From the NCBI GenBank assembly GCA_010015805.1, contig ML978131.1, forward strand, positions 682,001 to 746,000: DNA of 64,000 nt, in the 5' to 3' direction. A program made the translations under genes and the position numbers. Below, piece by piece: positions 1-13,079 of this stretch. A model generated the notes under the pieces. That model had not been told where the DNA came from. It made no database searches and saw only the letters and a program-made list of their open reading frames with translations. Each line of letters starts with the position of its first letter. The stretch's first letter is position 1. The DNA is from Rhizodiscina lignyota. Lineage: Eukaryota.

Positions 1-289
1 CGCAGTCGCTGACTCGTCCACTGTTGTCGACGAAGATCTGGTTGGCATCGAACACAGGTATCCGCACCGCACCGGCGAGACGGCGATGGTGAAGAACAAC
101 CCAAACCACAAGTGGTACTACTGGAGCGGCATGGACAATGACGAGAGGCTCCTGCTCAAGTGCTACGATAGCGACGAGATTCTGGGAAGGAATGGACGCG
201 TACCACACACTGCTTTTGCAGACCCGAGGACGCCTGAGGGTGCTCCACAACGGGAGAGCATTGAGGTTAGGGCTTTGGTGTTTGGATAG
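1..289 (+). CDS. 3' end of an AsaB/CmcJ-like (GA4 desaturase-like) hydroxylase/oxidoreductase; 5' part lies outside the window
   Basis: Frame open from the window start; motifs HKWYY, LLLKCYDS, VPHTAF.DP and RESIEVRALVF typical of this fungal family. Confidence 0.75.
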   Translation, partial: AVADSSTVVDEDLVGIEHRYPHRTGETAMVKNNPNHKWYYWSGMDNDERLLLKCYDSDEILGRNGRVPHTAFADPRTPEGAPQRESIEVRALVFG

Positions 290-1675
290 TGGTACTTCGT
301 GAAAGACGGGAGATGAGACTACGAGGACATGATGAGATGAGATGTGCTGTCTGTACTTCTTGTAACTAAGGATTCTATTGTATAATTTCACCAAGTCAGA
401 GGTGTCTCTTCCTTTGTGTGTACTGTGTTCCAAATACGCGTTTGCACATAGCAAAATCCAGCTTCATCCTTTCGCCAGCGTTGCACAACTCCGCCCAGTC
501 TAAATGTGTAGCTCCACAGCCCGACTGATCGAGAATGTTTGCTTCACGGTCCGCCGGAGTAAGAGAGTGGCTTCTTCTCTCGGAACCAGGGAATCACAAT
601 ATATCTGAAAATGATAGAAGCCAGCTAAATCTCTACTATATGCATATATGAGGGTGACGTGGGTTTAGGCTTTCTTGTATATAACTTCAAGGCGCCTGAA
701 CTCTTACGGATACCTTGACTTGATCTAGTAGATCTTGCATTGCCGCGATCGTAGTCGAGGCCACCTCTATTCGCTCCGTCAATATGCTCGGCAGTATCCA
801 CGTACTACGTTGTCAATCTTCCTAGCGACGAAGTCGTCAAGGCCCATCACTTGCATCCACTGGCCGCGCATGTGCCCCGACGATAGCACGTTTACGTCCT
901 TCTCATCGTCAATCTCGTTGCACGTGATGTATGAAGACTCAATCGATAACCTCCTTTTCATGCCTGGTCTCTGCCGGGTACTTGAAGTTGTTGCAGATTA
1001 GACATTCGGTCAGGTCTACTGCGTGTGGCTGTCAAGAATCCGAGCGCGATGGGGCAGTAAAGAAGCCACAGGCCATAGGATTGGTATAGGAACGTCCCAG
1101 TGGAGATGCCTGAAAAGAAAAGCCTTAGAGAGTAGAAGAAAGATATAGGAACGATCTAGGGAACTGTCTAGGCTCTGTTGCTGAATCCCAACAGTAGGGT
1201 GAGTGCGTTATTCTAATCAGACTCGTGAGCCCCAGCAAGACCTTTCTGAGCATTACAACTAATTAGCTATCAAGGGTCTCTAGTACTTAAGAGGCTCCGA
1301 TGTTCATTATTCTTGAAATATAACGTGTCACTACGCCGTCGACGAGTACCTGATGTCCTCTGGTCGATACTGTAACATTTTGGATCACGTCCTGTGAGTC
1401 GCGCAGATCTGGGATCACGTAGATCTGGTGATGGCCTGGGGCAAGACATAATCAAGAATGCCACCATTGTTTCGTAGAGGAGATCATCATCGTGTGTCTC
1501 GGTCTTCATCATCTCCATCTCCGTTGTATATATATATCTTTAATGCAAGGTATATACCCACACTTGATGCCAAGCGTCACACCCCTGCACATGCACAACA
1601 ACCGCGTCCCCCACCCACAGCGCGACGCGCCGACATCATCGACAGAGTCAGCAGCAATGCTTTCACCGCGCAGAC

Positions 1676-4614
1676 ATGCCCGACAACATCCAGCAGCGCG
1701 TGGAGCATGCGCTCTCGCAGCTTGTCGAGAAAGTTGTCCCCGCTTACCCCGAAGATGACGACCAGGCATTGCAAGACCGACTCGACGATGCCTACGACTT
1801 CGCGATTGGCGTCGTTCAAGATGCTGGAGACACGCCGTTGAGCCCGGACGTCAATCATGCACACGATCTGATCAAGAAGAAGCTCATTCGAGACAACTTA
1901 GGCCCTGAGAAGGCGATGCGATTCTCGAATCTCTACTCGAGGCTTCTCACACTACCCGTACTACAAAACAAATGGGCGCTTCTTTACTTCCTATTCATTC
2001 TTTCAGAGGAGCGAATACCACTTAGTTTACGAGAAGTGGATCCTTCTGCGCTGAACAGACGGTTTGGACTCCATGCTACAGTCGAGCCTTCAGAATCCTC
2101 ACCTCCGCCTGAAAAGACTGGGAAACGCGATTTCGTCGTCGATAGTCCCGCTTTTAATGAAGCCTTCTCAAATGCTGGCCTACTCAAGCTACCGCTATCG
2201 GAGGATCAGAAACCTCCAAGACAGAGTGACGCCAACAAGGCAGGGCGGAATGTATCAGAGAGGCCCAGACCGCAGCAAGCAAAAGAGGAACCGGAAGCTG
2301 AAGGACCGCAAGAGGAGATCCAGTATCTTCCAATGAATCCTTCAGAACCAGCTTTGCTTCGCGACCTTCCTTTCACGCTCCAAGGACTCTCCTCGACCAA
2401 CTTCAACTTCGCTTCCAACAAAGTCCTCAAACTCCCTCAAACGCTTCCTGTACCTATAATCAGCCTACTACATACGCTTGCAGAACCTGCGCTACTCTAT
2501 CGCGGACTATCTGAATTCGTGGAGACATCAGACGGAGGGCTCATTGGCCAAAGTTTACGATCTGCATTAAGCTTGGAGCTTCGGGCATATCTGCGGCTAG
2601 TTGCGACCTTGGAAGGGCAAATACGGAGCGCGTTGGCGAAATTGGACGAGAATGAGCCAAGGCAGGGCATTGGCCAAGCGGGCGTTACGTTGAAACGATG
2701 CGTAGTGTGGACACGAGAACCAACCATGGGACTACGGTTACTCAGCTTAATCGTAGAAGAGAGCAAAGGTGGGCTTCTATGTCAGTCTCTGTTCAAATTT
2801 ACTCGATCTAACATCCAATAGGCAGGAAGGGCGGCGAAATCATATCGCTCATCCACTCTTTCTCACTATCCCATGGTGATCCTTTTGTCGCATCTTTTGC
2901 AGAACGACTGCTCACCCATGTCACCCGACCCTTCTACGACATGCTCCGGCAGTGGATATATGACGGCGAGTTGAGCGATCCATACCTCGAATTCCTAGTA
3001 CTTGAGCAGCAAGACGACCACAATAAAGGCGACACAGATGACGGACGGCGAGGAGCAGCGACAAGTGTCTGGCAAGACAAATACCAGCTACATGAGCGGA
3101 TGATACCAACAATAATCACAGAGGAATTTGCAAAGAAAGTCTTCTTGATTGGCAAGACACTCAATTTCATCCGGCATAGTTGTGGAGATGCAGCATGGGT
3201 GGAGTCATACTCGAAATCAGCGTCTCGAGAACTACGCTACGGCGACACAGCAACGTTGGAACGATCAATTGACGAAGCATACAAGACTACAATGGCTCGC
3301 CTGATCCATCTCATGGTCAACAAGTTCAAGCTACTTGAGCATCTGCGCGCATTGAAGAAATACATCCTCCTCGGCGCAGGCGATTTCATTGCTGTACTGA
3401 TGGAGTCACTTTCCTCTAACCTCGACAGACCCGCAAATACCCAATACAGGCACACCCTCACGGCACAACTTGAGCACGCTGTCCGTAACTCAAACGCGCA
3501 GCACGACGATCCAGAAGTCTTGCGGCGCCTTGATGCTCGAATGCTCGAGCTATCGCACGGCGAGATTGGCTGGGATGTCTTCACCTTAGAGTACAAGATT
3601 GACGCCCCGGTGGATGTCATCGTGACACCATTCGGTGCGAAGCAGTATCTCAAGGTCTTCAACTTTCTGTGGCGCGTTAAGCGCGTCGAGTTCGCTCTCG
3701 GCAGTACCTGGCGGCGTTCAATGACAGGCGCACGGGGTGTCCTCGCCAGCGTTGGCGACAAGCTCGGCAAGGACTGGAAGAAGGCGCGATGTGTGCTCGC
3801 AGAAATGGTGCACTTCGTGAGCCAGCTACAATACTACATTCTATTTGAAGTGATTGAGAGCAGCTGGAACGACCTGCAATCCGCGCTGCAGAAACCCGAG
3901 AGCACGCTCGACGACCTGATCGATGCGCATGCGCGGTACCTGACTGCGATCACGCGGAAGGGCCTGCTGGGCAGCACAATCATCGACTTTACGAGTCAGT
4001 TGCACGAGCTGCTCAAGATCATGCTCAGCTACAAAGATGTCGTCGACGGGCTGTACTCTTTCTCCGTGGCGGAGTTCACTCGTCGCCAGGAGCTGAGCGC
4101 GAAGATCGAGACGCGGACGGCTGCTGGGAAGTGGGGCATCACGGAGAAAGATGGTCTGGATAACGGCGATTTGGAGTCGCCGAATCCAGATGGGAATGGA
4201 AAGGGGAAGAGGTCGGCGCATAGCACAAATAGTCCGCTGATACCGCAAGGCCTGACGCTCCATGGGGGCGCGGAAGACGACTTGCTTCCCGCGTTAAGAC
4301 AGCGGTTGGCGCTACTTGCAAGCGACTTTAAAGCAAGAGTCAATGTACTGCTTGGGGATCTGATCCACCAGCCTGATGCGGACATGCGCTGGCTGGCGAT
4401 GGTCATGAACTTCAACGACGTGTATCAGCCCGTACGGCGGAAGCGGAAACACGCTAGCGAGAAAGACAAGGAAAAGTCGCGGAGTCAAGGGGGAGCGAAG
4501 TCTGAGCAGGAGAGCAGCAAAGCGACGCCGGCGGATGGAGTTGAGAAGGCTACGGGTTCTGGGACTGTGAAGGGTAAGGAAAAGGAAAGGCCACCTGCAA
4601 AGTCACACGGATGA
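1676..4614 (+). CDS. SPC98: Gamma-tubulin complex component GCP3 (Spc98/Alp6); one intron ~2769-2821
   Basis: Two long ORFs joined by a GT...CTAAC...AG intron; Spc97/Spc98 motifs (LLRDLPFTLQG, HGDPFV, WIYDGELSDPYLEF, GWDVFTLEYKIDAPVDV, LQYYILFEVIESSW). Confidence 0.9.
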
Positions 4615-5027
4615 TTCAGTACCGAGGCGTATTTTGGTGAAGCGAATGGAGTTCAAGGGCATAACGGTTGGGACATGGAAGTACTTTTGTGATACCACGG
4701 ATACGGGTATGTACTATATGAACAAAGCATATAGGTAGCGCCGGAAGCGCAAGACTCTGGCCGCACATCCCTCTCGCCCTGACGCAATCTTCAGGGTGAC
4801 CAAAAAGTTGCCCGCAGCATTGATCATTTACGATGTAAAGCGTCTAGAATCAATAATGCATACAAGGTTGTCAACAGTGTGTTGTTGTAGTACACTCCGG
4901 ACAAGAAAACTATGCTTCCAGAGGTAATCTTGCTTGCTTCAAAGTGCAAGACGTGCTCGCCCTTGGGCGTTCCAGTTTACCTGGACACCACCTATTCCGT
5001 CATCGAGACAATCATGAATACTCATAC

Positions 5028-7493
5028 CTATGCGCCCGTTGAACCTATGAGCCCATCAACGGTCGTATAGAGCATGGGTCCCATCGGCCAATCTGCGAAC
5101 GGATCCGCTGACCCATGGAAGCCGAAGATACTATCATGGAACACCTCGCCGTCCGTAAAGCCAAATGTCTGCGCCGTGCTGTCCAAAGCATCATTTGCCT
5201 GCAGCAATTGATTCGCTGTGCCGCCCTCGCCCATGACAGCCTCCCGCAAGCCAATAGTACTTTTTGGCCTCGACAGATCGCCTCGGCTCCTCTGGTTCGC
5301 AACCATAGTAAAGGAATCGAGTATCGCGTCGAGCCGGTCAGCTACGAAGTCCACAGGAATAACGGAAGGCTGCTGCCACAGCTCCGCATCGACCTGAAAG
5401 TTCGGCACGAGCTGCGCGTCATCGATGCCGCATCGCTGGATCAGCTTCTCCAAGACAAAGTTCGCACGCGTAACACCCGCGTTCGTGCGCTGGCTGTTGC
5501 GCAGGAACTCGCGCAGCAGCGCGAGACCGTCCCATAGCGCCGAGCCGTCGGGCACTTCCTCTGGCACGTGGCGTACGACGCGCACGAGGATCGTGCACGC
5601 GACATACGCGCAGTAGGAGATGAAGTACGGCGCGCGGCGGATGGTGAAGGCGGTACAATAGTGCTGGATGATGCATGAGAGGCGGATGGCGGCGAGGATG
5701 CAAGTTCGCAGACAGCCAGCAGCGACGCGGTAGTCGAGGAGATGGCCGCGCGTGATGAACGGGCGGTTCAGGAGGATGAGCAGCAGGTGGAACATGCAGG
5801 AGATGCTGAGGACGCTTGGCGCTGGGATTCTGGTGAGCGTTGCTGGTTCTGGGGTCCGCCATGGCTCGTAGCGGATGCTGGTTTCGGTGACGCCGACCCA
5901 TGCATCCAAATCCCCGGAGATGTCTTCGAGGATCTGGCTGTAGTCTTTGGTGCCTAGCTGGACAGAGTTTGCGTTTCCGAACGTGGTGTTGGCATAGATG
6001 TGATTGAGGATACGATTCAGAATGACATTCAAGCCGCAGTGCGCCGAGAACGAAGTGACACTGTAGGTCGTGGCCCCAGGATGCTTTGGCATAGGGTAGT
6101 CGCTGTCGATGTGGTTCCCTTGCTCGACTGGCGTCCATTGCTCCAGCTCTTCCAGGTTGTCAAACAGCTCTATCGGGACTTGGCACTCCGCCTCCTGGAG
6201 CGTCACGGGTCGTCCCAGATACATTGAATGCACCTTGTCGAAGATGAATGCGCCCCAGAAGACGCGCCGGCGAACTTCGAGATCCTCAACGCTGATTTGG
6301 CCGCGCTTGACTAAGTCTTCGCGGTCCACGTGCAGTCCAAGATCAACTATCATGCGGAATGCCACGCCGGAGTACAGCCAGGCCGTTGATTTTGCCTCTC
6401 CAATGGCGAAGAGACTACTTGCTACCGTGATCAGAGCTTGGATCGTAGGAATGGCACTTTGTTCAAGCGCTTCGCCTAGAAGATCTCTGATGCGCTGCCG
6501 AAATTGCCATCCGGCCGTGCTCGGCTTGTCAGGTGCCTTTCGGATGTCCGTTCGAGGAGAAAATTTCGACGCAGCGAAAAGTATCGCATTCAGTAGGAGT
6601 TTAGAGAAATATGGCCCTTTCCTAGCCATATCCCGCATGAATAGAGGCCGGTAGATTAACAGCAGGTTATGATGCTGTCGATTCCAGTGGATGTTTAGCA
6701 GGTGCATCACAAGCTCCGGATCCCAGCCATCGTACTCGTAGTTTCGAGAATTGTGGTTGAGACGTTCCCTTTGGCGTTCAATGGCGGCAGAGGCGACGAG
6801 CGTCTCACGCCAGGTTGCTTTTGGAGGAGCAACCATCTGCCCGTCGACTTCAATCCCAGGCGGCTCATCGCCCTCAAAATGAGCGCTGGTCGGGCCATGA
6901 TAAGTCGTCTGAGCTGGTGAATAGGGCTGCAAGGGTGGAACTGGTGGGAGAGATGGCCTTGCGTCTGGTCGACGCATAAGTGGGCTTGTCACGTCGTCGA
7001 CGCCATCACTCTGGGACTTGACATGACCGGAAGACTCCCTGCTTGGGGACATGTGCGCGTCCGACCCATCTTCTCCATGCTCGTCTATTGCGCCATCGAG
7101 ATCTTCTTGAATAGAGCCATTGCTTGCGTGAGTCTCCGCTGCGCGCTGGAGCTCAGGCGAGGAGTCAAGAAGTCTCCGCAGGCGCTGGTTCTCCTGCTGG
7201 AGCGCCTCAATGGCCGCCTTGGAGGGCCTAAATCACCTCAATAAGCATCATAGATCATCTCGAAAGGGAATATGGAGCGTCATACCTTGCCTTGGGCGTG
7301 CGGTGCGCATAGACGCACTCGATGCCCCTGGAGCGACACGAGGCGCATTGAGGCTGTCCGTTGTCGCATCGCAGCTGCGCGGCTGATGAGCATCCCTCCT
7401 CAACACACACCAGCGGGAGCCTTTTCCACTGCTTACCTTGCGCACTCTGCAGAAGTCGCAGGCTGCCTTCGAACGCGTGATATTGCTGCTCAT
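5028..7493 (-). CDS. Zn(II)2Cys6 fungal transcription factor with fungal-specific TF domain
   Basis: ACDFCRVRK / LRCDNGQPQCASCRSRGIECVY binuclear cluster split by an intron; AWLYSGVAFRMIVDLGLH and RRRVFWGAFIFDK...LGRP in the large ORF. Confidence 0.9.
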
Positions 7494-8275
7494 CGCCGTG
7501 CCCACAGCGTTGGCTGCAGAGGTTGATACGCGGATTCGGTGGATCCGCTCCGCGGAGGGGTTCGCCCGCAGCGGCCCTTTTATTGAAAATCAGAGGGAAT
7601 TTCGCCAAGACGCCGGTCGGTGTTGTTTAGCCTGGCGTCGAGACTGGGGAAGGGGTCCACATGGCGAGCGCACTGTGGGGACGGGCTGCGCGCGGCGATG
7701 AGGTGACAGGCCCGCACGACTCGTATCAGAGCCACAAGCTGGAACGCGCGACTCACCTTCGTTTCCCAACCATCTGGATATTCTCCGTGCGGAACGTAAT
7801 CGCGAGTGGAAGCTGTCTTCCATGGAGCCCTGCGGTGTGGGTACAGGCGGAATTGCGAGATGGGACGGAATTGTCGAGCAGACGCCTCGTCTGTCCAGCT
7901 ACACCTGAGCGCGAGTATTCCATATCTAATATAACGAGAGCCAGATACGTTATCACGCAAGTCGTAAAGCCCGACTAGTCTCCTAACACCGTCGAACTAG
8001 GCGCTGGCCATGCGTGTGAGGCTCTGACAATCAATTGCGGGCATGCTCGCAAGGGCGCCTTAGCATGTGTGTGATTACGAACTAATACGGTCCAGATACG
8101 GTAGGAGTTTGAACTGGTTGCTAGAGGCACGTATACAAACGGCAGAGGCAGTCTTCAATTCCCTTGCTTCACTAGTATGGCCTTCGTCAAAGTTCGTATG
8201 TGAACACGCCTTTTAAGTCATTCCGGAACTTCCGGTGAGTGAAAAGGGGGGCTTAAACCACCATGAGCCTCATAA

Positions 8276-9985
8276 TTACCAGACATAACGGAATCTGCCT
8301 TCTTCAGTCCGCTGGAATCTTGTAGATTTCTCCCCTGTCCTCTCTTCCTCTGCTTCGGCCTTGGCCATGCACTTGTTCTCATAGATGAGCCACAAGCTCA
8401 GCAGGGCGCTGACCACGGTAACCAACAAGCAAAATGCGGCGGATATCCACATTCCTTTGCGATAATATGGCTCTTCGCTAGCCGGGAAAACATCTGCACG
8501 AATATGAGCGTCTCATAGCGTGAAGGAGAAAAAGAGTATGAACTCACTCGTGCCAAGGAGCGGACCACACTGTCCGATTGTGGCCAAAATGGTGTATCCA
8601 CCCGCTTTGCGAGACTCGGTAGCATTAATATTTGCAACCCATGCCAGTAATATTGCCACAGATGCAAAAATGTTGACTGCTAAGAATACTCCGACATATC
8701 TCGGTGCTGTCGCCGATGTTGTCGCAAGAATGATGAATCCAATGCCGCCCAACAGCCCACCAGTCGCGCAGAAAGGACCGCGAACTTTAAAGCGGTCACT
8801 AAGGAAAGTGAGAAGAAGAATCATGAAGAAGCAGAGCACGTAAGGCGGAGCACTAAGACCATTCGACTGAATTGTGGTGAAACTGCCCATCTGGCTGATG
8901 ATGGTTGGGATGAAAAGTGGCAGGGACGCGAAAGACACGTTGCACGAGAAATACATGATAGCTGGTAGATAGCCTATATCTTGTTAGCCTCATTACGAAA
9001 GCTGAGATGCTCGTGGAAATACTTTTCGGGTCTTTGAATGCCTCCAGGAGCTGCTTGAAACGCAACCCGGTCTTCCCCTTGTCATCATCGGATACCTGGT
9101 TTCTCGCGACAAATCGACGTGCCATCCTCTTCTCACGATCCGTAAGGAATTTGCAATCGTCCAATGAGTCCGGAATAAACCACCACGCAAGAACGGAGAG
9201 CAGGCATGTTGGGACGCCCTCTAGCCGAGCGTCAGTAAAAAGACGCCGAGAGAATAGACAAATGTGCTCTCACCGATAATGAAAAGGATCTTCCAGGGCG
9301 CCACGCTGCCCTTTATTTGGGAGATGCCATAAGCAAGAGCGCTGCCGTACGCATTTGCTGCTGCTGCGCCAGAAATGAAGACCCCATGCCGAAAGCCAAC
9401 CTTCTCACGGGAATAGAAGTAAGTGAGGTAAAGGGGAACGCCTGGTCCGAACATGGCCTCCGCAATGCCCAGGAAGAACCGACAGGCAGCGAGACCACTC
9501 CAGTTGAAAGCTGTCGCCTGAATGGTCGCAATGAAGCCCCAGAGGAAAACCGTAAAGGCGGCCCATCGGTGCGGTCTGAAGATCTTCCAGCCTGTGACAG
9601 TCCATTGGGAAACAATGTCTGAGGGTGTCATTAGTCACTACTATCTATTTCGACATTAGAATCTATTCAACGTACATGCGACATAGAATATCGTTGTTAA
9701 GGTATTGTACCGATTACCGCTGAGATCGATGTCTTTCGTCATCCCAGCGAGCTTTGCATTGCCCAGATTGGAGCGATCCAAAACGGACAGCGAATAAAGG
9801 ACGAAAACCAAAGGCAAAATGTTTCTGTCGAGCTTGCGCATCAGCGCAGCCTCTTCGGCAGCCGTAGGGATATCCTCATCCTCATCAACAACCAATTGCT
9901 GCGGCTTTTCAGCGTATTGCGCACGCCCGTCAATGCTCTCCTTAATGTCGTCGGACATTGCGTCGCGTTTGTTTTCCTCAGACAT
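8276..9985 (-). CDS. MFS transporter, allantoate/nicotinate (Dal5/Tna1, anion:cation symporter) family; multi-exon
   Basis: RKLDRNILP, LDRSNLGNAKLAG, RFFLGIAEAMFGPG, WKILFIIEG-like segment, LSAPPY; terminal FRYVW-stop. Confidence 0.88.
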
Positions 9986-11051
9986 GATCGCAAATGTCGC
10001 TACTCCTTGGGTGACAGCGAGAATTGAAGGTGAGTTTTCACAGTAGCAGAAACAAAATTGATTCGCTAAAAATCCTTGGGACCGCCGAGCGGTGAATGTG
10101 ACCGTATGACGACAGCTTGCGTGTCTGGGGCACGCGACCCCTTTGCAGCTCTCAACGGAGTCCCAGTAACAATCTTGACGAAGGAAAAAACAAGACTCAG
10201 GCCCAAAGCTTATTTAAAAGAAGATTCTGAACAACCAAGGAGGGAGGCTCTTGGCTGGAAAAGAGCGAGATCGGATAAGATGCAAGAGTGTGCAAAGTCT
10301 GAAGCCCATCTTGCCTTCTCTTCTCCACTCAAGCGCAAACTCTAACCAAAGCAGAGAAAGTGTGGGGTAAAGCCAAGCACCAAAAAGAGCTGTGATGTGA
10401 CGTTGTGGACCTTTGGTGGTTGGTTTTTCCTACCTTCTGCCCTCACGCCCTCTCGCTGTGCCGTCGTGGCCGCGTGCGACCGAAGAGCTCGTACTTACTG
10501 CTCATGTCGTGACTGGCTTCAGCTGAGAGCCCTCCAGCTTCATATACTCTACCACGGACACTATCGAAAGTCGCAATGTGCACAACATTTATCTTGCCTT
10601 TATTATCGCACAGGAAGAAGAATTGCACAATTAGCGTCCTTTGTCATGCAATGAGGTGTTAATAGAGTTTCAGATCCGAGTATCTTCAAGGCAGCCCCAT
10701 ACCTGGCTTGAGTACTCTGTTCAGCCTGCGCTGCGGGCCTACATGCTTCCGTCGGATATGAATCCGCAATCATCAACCTTGTAGAACGGCTTGTGGCGAG
10801 ACTCTCACCGACATGAGGCTAGCCAGAAAAAGCGCGCGTCGTTGATCGCGGGATTTCCGAAGGATGCTGAACTTCCGGGCGCGTGCGAGTCAGTCTTTGT
10901 TCCTTTCGCGCGCGGCGGAAAGTCGGACTCCGGGCGAAATCTATACAAAGTGTAGCTTCTTCCAACGTACCTTTGGAGGTATTGTTTGTTTATTCCCTTG
11001 CTACACCCGGATCTCTGCAGTAAACCTACCACAGGTCGTGGAGCCAAGAGG

Positions 11052-12644
11052 ATGCCGGTAGAGACATTCGACGTTATCGTCGTCGGCTCGGGCAACGCTG
11101 GTTTCTCAGCAGCTTCATCAGCAGCAGAGAGTGGAGCCAAGAAAGTTCTCCTTCTTGAGAAGTCGCCTGAATCGTGGGAAGGAGGAAACTCGACATTCAC
11201 GGCGGGCGCGTATCGGACTGTCTTCCACGGCCTCCAAGATGTTCTCTCGTTAAACCCCACCAATGTTCCGGCGGACGTCCGGAACAGGATCGACATGGAT
11301 CCCTATGAAGAGAAGGATTTCATGGCCGACCTGAAACGTGTCACGAATGGCAGAAGTCACCCTGAGCTTGGTTCGGCACTGATCAAAGAATCAAACGCGA
11401 CGACCAAGTGGCTGGCGAGGAATGGCATCAAATTCCAACTCTCGTTCAACCGACAGGCTTACGAAATCAACGGTCGTTTCAAGTTCTGGGGCGGGATGGT
11501 GTTGATGGTGGAGGATCACGGCAAAGGCCTCATCGCACAGCACAAGGCAAATGTCAAGCGGAGAGGCGTCGCCATTCGCTATGACTCCCCAGTCGTGAGC
11601 TTATTGACTGACAAGTCTGGATCTGTCACTGGTGTCACTGTCCGGAGGTCAAACAACACGACCTATGACGTGAAAGCGCGAGGCGGCGTCATTCTCTGCG
11701 CCGGTGGCTTTGAATCCAACCCAAGCATGCGTGCGCAGTATCTCGGACCAAACTGGGATCTGGCCTACGTCCGGGGCACCCCGTACAACACAGGCGACCT
11801 GCTCAAGGTTGCTATCAACGACCTCGGTGCAAAGCCAGCCGGCAACTGGTCTGGCTGCCACTCCACCTGCTGGGACGCGAACGCGCCAACCGACGTGGGG
11901 AACCAGGTGCTCACGAACCAGTACACCAAGTCGGGATATCCGCTTGGTCTCATGTTCAACACCGACGGCGATCGCTTCGTCGATGAGGGGCAGGACATGC
12001 GCAACTACACGTACGCAAAGTTCGGCCGCGCTATCCTCCAGCAGCCAGATGGCGTCGCATTCCAAGTATGGGACGCTGATGGGGCGAAGTGGCTGCGGAA
12101 AGAGGAGTATGCGGACGACGTCGTGGAGCGGATATCTGCGCCTACGATCGAGGAGCTCGCGCAGAAGCTGGTGTCGAAGGGCCTTAAGCGGCCGCAAGCG
12201 CTCGTACAGAACGTACACGAGTACAACGACGCCCTCAATGCGTTCCACCAGGAGAATCCTAATGCCGTCTTCGACCCTTCGAAGAAGGACGGCGTCTCGA
12301 CACGGTCCTCGCGCGGGGGGCTCACGCTCGACAAGACAAACTGGGCTCTGCCCGTCAGCAGGGGCCCATTCCTCGCTGTCAAGGTGACCTGCGGTATCAC
12401 ATTCACGTTCGGTGGCTTGGCTGCTGACCCTGCATCTGCCGGTGTCATTGCAGCAACGACGGACAAGCCAATTCCAGGATTGTACGTTGCGGGTGAGATG
12501 TTGGGTGGTCTGTTCTATGGAAATTACCCGGGTGGCTCTGGATTGACTGCCGGCGCGGTCTTTGGGCGCAAGGCTGGAAGTGCAGCTGCGAAGAGAGCGA
12601 ACAGCGTCGACGCGATGAATACCCCCGTGGCTGCTCGTTTATAA
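11052..12644 (+). CDS. FAD-dependent oxidoreductase, TcuA/CobZ (tricarballylate dehydrogenase)-like; intronless
   Basis: GSGNAG FAD motif, GGNSTFTAG, FKFWGG, VRGTPYNTGD, YPLGLMFN..GDRFVDEG.DMRNYTYAKFGRAILQQP, GITFTFGG, GLFYGNYPGGSGL. Confidence 0.8.
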   Translation: MPVETFDVIVVGSGNAGFSAASSAAESGAKKVLLLEKSPESWEGGNSTFTAGAYRTVFHGLQDVLSLNPTNVPADVRNRIDMDPYEEKDFMADLKRVTNGRSHPELGSALIKESNATTKWLARNGIKFQLSFNRQAYEINGRFKFWGGMVLMVEDHGKGLIAQHKANVKRRGVAIRYDSPVVSLLTDKSGSVTGVTVRRSNNTTYDVKARGGVILCAGGFESNPSMRAQYLGPNWDLAYVRGTPYNTGDLLKVAINDLGAKPAGNWSGCHSTCWDANAPTDVGNQVLTNQYTKSGYPLGLMFNTDGDRFVDEGQDMRNYTYAKFGRAILQQPDGVAFQVWDADGAKWLRKEEYADDVVERISAPTIEELAQKLVSKGLKRPQALVQNVHEYNDALNAFHQENPNAVFDPSKKDGVSTRSSRGGLTLDKTNWALPVSRGPFLAVKVTCGITFTFGGLAADPASAGVIAATTDKPIPGLYVAGEMLGGLFYGNYPGGSGLTAGAVFGRKAGSAAAKRANSVDAMNTPVAARL

Positions 12645-13079
12645 TTTATCTCCTTTGCATGTTGCTCATACCCCCGGTGGAGGATCCCCTTAACTCATTT
12701 TGCATTGGACGGGTTTGGTATTACATCGGTAGACTCACTGACGACCAAGATGGAAGATTCTTGGATGCTATTGACTACTCTCCATTATTTATACATACTT
12801 TTGCAACGCTTCTGGCACTTATACATGCGGAAAGGCTGTCATACTTCAACCGGAAGGAAAAGAGCCGGAGATATCCCCTTTTCAACAAGCGCAACATATT
12901 TCAGATAGCCACCGGACATGTCTCCATGTCTCTACACCGACCTGTACTGGTATACATGCTGAACGTGCAAATCATTCTATAGCAATACCCCATAACGCCA
13001 TGCTAGAGCGCGATCACGCCTACACAACCACCACATGACCTCCCATGCCACGACTCAAATACCTTCATCTCATAGGACC

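Noticed and set aside
735..1518. Short minus-strand ORFs upstream of SPC98
   Set aside because: Could be exons of a small gene, but there is no recognisable domain or confident splice model
5419..6654. Long overlapping or antisense ORFs within the TF (similar ones occur in the TcuA-like, GPC1 and other genes)
   Set aside because: Shadow ORFs caused by GC-rich codon bias of the real CDS
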